Shown here piece after piece: positions 58,345 to 64,000 of a stretch of DNA of 64,000 nucleotides (its first letter is position 1; every line of letters begins with the position of its first letter). Source of the DNA: Tubiluchus corallicola (Eukaryota > Animalia > Priapulida). The stretch spans positions 1 to 64,000 of the forward strand of contig JAQGDQ010000833.1 of assembly GCA_030141605.1 (NCBI GenBank), read 5' to 3'. Below the pieces are notes generated by a model. It did no database searches. It was not told the origin of the DNA and was given only the letters and a program-made list of their open reading frames with translations. Both the position numbers and the translations under genes were made by a program.

Positions 58345-60668
58345 TTATTTAGCTTGTGACAAAATCTGCGCCTGCATCTTTTCCATCATCTCCTTCATCT
58401 TTGCCAATTCTTGCTCCTTCTCCAGCAAGATGCGATCCTTCTCGATTGTGCTCGCTCGTGTGCCGCTGGCCGGAACAGGCTTGCCACCGGCCTTGGTGGC
58501 CAGCTTCTCGGCTCGGAAGTTTTCGTAGTGGAGGTCATGCGTTACTTCTTGCAAGTCTTGCATGTGCGTACTGCAGAATTGAATAAAATTACATTTATGA
58601 GCAGGAACGTGAAAAACCCTTTCAATTGAGAAAAAAATCGTAAATTCGGATTGAGGAAGGGGGTGTTTCAGGATGCGTGAAATCTCTTATTATCTGCCAA
58701 AAAAACTCTGGAACTATGAATATTCTATGCAGATGGATTTTACTCTGACATAATCTGTAGAGGCAACAGCCATGCGGTTTTTCTGATTTATCCAGGATGC
58801 AAGTAGTTATTCGATCATGTAATGATGCAAAATAAGATGTCCAAAGTAACATCTTCAGGACCGCACCATTCAAAATAGGTCATACAAGACACATGACTTC
58901 TGCTACTGTATGAACACAGACATAACTAAATGATTACAAATCAGATACTGTTCTACTCAGGAGAATCTCGGCTATCCAATCATGCAATTTGTTTAAATGT
59001 TTATAAGTGATTTAATTGGATAAAATTAAGAAAATTGCGCCTTTTTCAAGCACTCCAACTTAGCCTATTGAGTAGCTTAGTCTGGTGTACACTTGCGTGA
59101 TCGTACACGCTATTTTATTGATCGCTACAGCCCAAGCTGTTAAGTGTTCTGCTGTTGCAGGAAAAATCAACCAATCAGCCAAGGACAAATTAAGGTCGGT
59201 TCATCTTTTAACAGGAATTTCTCCTTAAAATAGAATAGACTTGAGGCCAAAGTTTATCATACTGTTGTGTATGGATAGTTGAAATTTTCTTCATTAGCTG
59301 ATTTCACACATTGTTACAGTGCAAACGCAGCAGTTACTGAAAGCTTTTTTCAATTTATTCATCAAAAATCGTTTTCCAATTTGTTTAAGGTAAGTATTTG
59401 CACTTAATATATAATTTTACATATAATCATACATGAAAGTCCACACTGCGTGAGGAGTAGAAACCGACAAAAATTATCGAATATAGTGTAATCGCTGCTT
59501 AGTGAGAGCAGTTTTTCATGAACCTAAACAAAATGCAGCAAAATCTTATGGTCTGAAGGAGTTAAGCAAGAAAACGTATAAATCTCATCACCGTTGCCCT
59601 AAACTGCAGTTTACACAGATTTAACATACAATTTTCAACTCACCTAATCGATACGTTAGTAAAATCTTACTATTACAATAATGACAACATACTCGAGATG
59701 TTAAGTAATATCGACAAAGCTGCATTAATTCTACTACGAATGATACTACTAATGATTTAGCTTGTAAATATATACAATAACTTACATTAACATGGTCCGC
59801 AATTTAATGAAGTCGCAATGGTCCGGATTTTCTACTTCCACAACGCCCCACGGATAGAGGCGACCCCTGACTTTCTTTCCTCGAACTTCAAGCAACTGTG
59901 ACGACCCAACAACAGCAAATGGCACAGCTTCCTATAAAACATATGAAGATGAAATTTAGCTTAGATGACGACCTCATATTAGAAAGCCGTTTACAGTTCC
60001 CCATCAGCCAAGGAGAAATTAACGCTGTTTCATCTTTTAACAGGAAGTTCACCTTAAAAACAGACTAAACTTGAGGCTAAAGTGTTTCAGAGTGGTGTGT
60101 TTGAATAGTTGAAATTTTCTGCATTAGCCGAATCCACACAAGTGATATTGTACATTGTCATCGTACAAACACTGCAGTTACTGAAAGCTCTTTTCAATTT
60201 TTTTGTCAAAAATCAATTTTTAATTTTTCCAAAGCAAGCTAATGCATTTCATATATAACTTTGCATGAAAGTCCATTGTGTGAGGAGCAGAAACCTACAA
60301 AAATGATCAAATATAATGTAATCGCTGCTTGCTAGTAACAGCAGTTTTTCATGAACCAATGCAAAATGCAGTAAACATTCACTGTTCTGAAGGAGCTAAG
60401 GTACCGTCACTAGTTCCTACTTCAGCTGTCATACAAACACTAATTTAAAGGTATCACGCTCCACTCAGTTATCTTAATGAAGAAATACATACACAAGTAC
60501 ATAAGAGTTTTTGTTTATGGAATCTATTGCTAATTGTACCTTTAGTTGTTTATTTTGTTCCTTGAAGTCTTCATCTTCATCATCATCACAGTCTGGCATT
60601 TGATAAATCTGAATTCCTTCCTCCTGAATTTGGCCCAATATCTGCAGATGGAAAAACACATAAATATA

Positions 60669-60739
<71 letters not shown>

Positions 60740-60763
60740 GAGAGGGGGAGAGAGAGAGAGAGG

Positions 60764-60821
<58 letters not shown>

Positions 60822-63800
60822 AGAGAGAAGGAAAGAGAGAGAGAGAGGGGGGAAAAGAGACAAAGAGAACGAGCGAGAGAGAGAGAGAGAAAAAGAGAGA
60901 GAGGAGGAGGGAGAGAGAGAATCTCTGGAAGCCAACTGCAATAAGTGAGCAGCATGATTGACCGTAACTGTGCAATAAAAAATTATGATTCAGTTCTGTT
61001 AAAGTAATAGAAGAAATCTTAACATTTCTGTTTGAAACTGGTGGTTAAAATCGTAATGCGGTGGTGCTTTCATATAGGATTTCATGAACTGAACATGTGC
61101 AGAAACTAAATATGGCGACATTTGCTTATTTTAAGTAGAACAAAACTGTCAAAAGAGGCAGCGATTTAAGCAATTTTGCAGAAACATTTAAAGATAACGG
61201 AATGCTTAATTACTTTAAGTTATTTATTAATTATTTAAGTTCTACCGTATTGCCCCTGTAGCCGAAGCTAAACCGAGTTTTTTTAAAAACTCTGGTGAAT
61301 TGGGTCGCATCTAGGGCAACACAGAATTTCAGCTAATTGAATCGAATGCAAATTCCGATTCGGATCAAGTTTTGCAGCTCCAGTTCAGGTGAAAGCAGAA
61401 GCAGAATTAGAAACCATCAGAAAAGATTCCTTCATTTCCTTTTCAAAGTAATGCCTAAATTCCTTTGTGCAGTTAAAAATTTTTTAAAAGTATTTTAAAA
61501 TATTAATTCATATAAGTAAATTAAGAATAAATTAAAAAGTATGTTTGTCTGTTTATTTGCAAAAAATTACGACAATTCCTTCGAAGACTGCTGCTTCTCG
61601 CGAAGAAGTTGGCTCACAAAGTTCTCATTATTACAAAAGCTTTGAAAATCTATTGCTGTGTGATGCACGTATTCTTGTAAAACGTGTCGCTCTTAACGTG
61701 CTTGTGTGGCAGTTTTTCAAACGTCTTAACTCTATGCCCTTATTTGCTGTATGATGTTTACTCTTGTAAGTGGCAAGGAATACCGGCTGATTACTGTACC
61801 TGCATCTTTGACTGTTAACTCATTAAGCCTGAAAGGGTGATTTGCAATGAGAGCTTCAAAAGCAACCCACTCGGCAAGTGATTAAATGTTTAGCTTCCAG
61901 AAATTCTTTGCTAATGAGGTTAATTCCAGTGGGGGAGCGGGTAACAGATGCAAAGCAAAACCGCTAGGCTAGTGTATTAGCGTACCTGCTTACAAACAAA
62001 ATGGTGCTTAACGTGACTGTTTCTACATATATTATAGTGCACAGAATCGATGTAAAGATGACAGCAAAGTAGTAAAAGCGCTTTGAACACACACAAGTGT
62101 CTTACTTAAAGTATGTGAAGTAAAAATATTGAGTCAATTATGCGGAGTTATTTGAGTCAATTACCGGCAGTTTTTATGTACATTTGAATAGGAGCGGCCG
62201 TGCGAGGCGTTTTTGAGTCTATTAACCGTGAGTCTAATAAACGGCGACTATTGTATATCAAAATCTCTGCACAGTGAATCTTTTCAAAGTCAAAATACTT
62301 ACTTTTTTCTTAAGTTTCTTTACTTCTGTCAATGTTAGCATATCACTCTTTCCTATAACTGGAACAATATTCACCTTATGGTGAAGCTTCTTCATAAACT
62401 CTATATCTAAGGGTTTAAGCCTAGAAAAAAAAACAAAAAAACTTGGAAAATAAATGCGTATGCAAAATTATGCATTATCCATGCAAAATTCAAATAACAC
62501 AACTCAGTTGGTAGTATTGCCGTGAAGTACTAGAGTATTCATCATTATCATTTACAATTATCATCATCATCATCCTCATCTTCGTCGTCGTCATCGTCAT
62601 CGTCGTCATCTCCGGGGTCACACGTCCTCTGACATGACCCCCCCTGCAATCACTTCAGATCCCACTGCCCTGTCACCCCACACCTCCCATGCCTCTGTAT
62701 TTTTGATATCTAATTGTGTATTGATAAGATCTTTTTGGATGAAATTGATGTAAGTCAGCAGCTGTCCTCCTTGTGGTTTCTTTTCTTTCTGCAGTGCTTC
62801 TTTGAAAGCAATTTTAATGGACTGTCAACTGGTAGTTGTATAACATGTCCTGTCCATCTTAATCTTCTCCTTGTGATTTTAATTGTCCATTCTTCTGCTT
62901 GGACTTTATTGTAGATCCTGGTTTGATATTTTCTTTGGCCATTTTATTGCTAGAATCTTCCTGTAGCTTGTTCTATGTGCTACAATACTGTAGTACTGCA
63001 GTAGCATAAAATACGTTTAATGTGTTTAATATTTCCTGTGAAGTTTCAAAGTTATCAAAACGTCCATTACGTGTACTAATTTAGTAGATTAGCTCAAAAT
63101 GCTTCTACCTTCGAAAAACTAAAACTTCGTTTGTAGCATTCGAAGTTGAAAAAATTATGTTTACACAACAGGGGATCAAAATAAGTTTTTAAACTTTTAA
63201 ATGTATCTTGCCTGGCTGTCTAGTGATAGTGCCTTCTTTCTATCTGTCTGTCTGCCAGCCTGACTGTCTAGTGATAGTGCCTTCTCTCTATCTGTCTTCC
63301 AGCCTGGCTGTCTAGTGATAGTGCCTTCTCTCTATCTGTCTGTCTGTCTGTCTGCCAGCCTGGCTGTCTAGTGATAGTGCCTTCTCTCTATCAGTATATC
63401 TGTCTGGCATCCTGGCTGTCTAGTGATAGTGCCTTCTCTCTATCAGTATATCTGTCTGGCATCCTGGTTGTCTAGTGATAGTGCCTGCTCTCTATCTGTC
63501 TGTCTGTCTGGCTGTCTAGTGATAGTGCCTTCTCTCTATCTGTCTGTCTGTCGGCCAGCCTGGTTGTCTAGTGATAGTGCCTTCTCTCTATCTGTCTATC
63601 TGTCTGGCATCCTGGCTGTCTAGTGATAGTGCCTTCTCTCTATCTGTCTGTCTGTCTGCCAGAGTATAACCCCAATTAGTGATTAGGTTTTTGAGAACTT
63701 ACCCGTGGCCACTTGGACTAATGAAATAGAAACAGCAATGAACGCGATTGTCCTGGATATGTCGACGATTGAGCCCGCTCTCATCTTGAAGGTAACATTC

Positions 63801-63837
63801 ATATTGCTGGTCAATGTATTCAGATATTGGTTCAATA
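58345..63837 (-). CDS. SEPT2: Septin, SEPT2 group, last five coding exons (5' part outside the window)
   Basis: complement(join(58345..58570,59786..59931,60540..60641,62303..62420,63703..63837)); [63 protein letters not shown]; GT-AG, frame-consistent. Confidence 0.95.
60669..60920. repeat. (GA)n microsatellite
   Basis: Direct reading. Confidence 0.97.
62560..62980 (-). mobile_element. RTE-like LINE 3' remnant with (GAT/GAC)n tail
   Basis: Minus strand RRLRWTGHV-like segment, frameshifted; trinucleotide tail at 62560-62610. Confidence 0.65.
63208..63661. repeat. ~45-bp variable minisatellite with (TCTG)n core
   Basis: Unit CCTGGCTGTCTAGTGATAGTGCCTTCTCTCTATCTGTC(TGTC)n, ~10 copies. Confidence 0.92.
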
Positions 63838-64000
63838 CTGCAATGTAATAAAAATGTGTTTTCATCAGGCAAATTAAAAATTAAAGCTGCCATAGAGGTG
63901 GTTCATTTCTAAACTAAAAATAAATTTACAAGAACTAGTAGCCAAGACAACTAATGTGATCTAACAAAACACACCCAGTTATCTAATTCATTTAAAGCAT

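Noticed and set aside
60474-60975. Ser/Leu and Glu/Arg-rich ORFs
   Set aside because: Translations of the (GA)n repeat; only 60540-60641 is a real septin exon.
62345-62360. Septin G4 motif reads GKSD rather than AKAD
   Set aside because: The key Lys and Asp are retained, so this is within normal septin variation.

Overview
AT-rich, intron-rich and repeat-rich animal (bilaterian invertebrate-like) genomic DNA; not prokaryotic, and no CRISPR array, rRNA or intact tRNA is seen. Six protein-coding genes were reconstructed by hand from splice sites: syntaxin-1 (minus strand, first two coding exons), an intronless NTF2 ORF and a 5-exon Ran gene (plus strand, 1.4 kb apart behind one bidirectional housekeeping promoter shared with syntaxin), a VPS37/Mod(r) ESCRT-I subunit (minus), a KIF26/kinesin-11 with one 3.9-kb coding exon (plus) and the 3' part of a SEPT2-group septin (minus). 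Introns and intergenic DNA are packed with MITEs (hAT-like with 8-bp TSDs, Tc1/mariner-like with TA, TTAA-flanked Kolobok-like), LINE remnants and minisatellites. Most notable: (1) NTF2 sits between the promoter and the coding exons of its own cargo Ran, suggesting a shared or bicistronic NTF2-Ran transcription unit inside an ancient syntaxin-Ran linkage; (2) a ~290-nt head-to-tail repeat with a degenerate hammerhead-like core (retrozyme/Penelope-like); (3) an inverted copy of a VPS37 intron/exon fragment that appears to have been carried off by a MITE.
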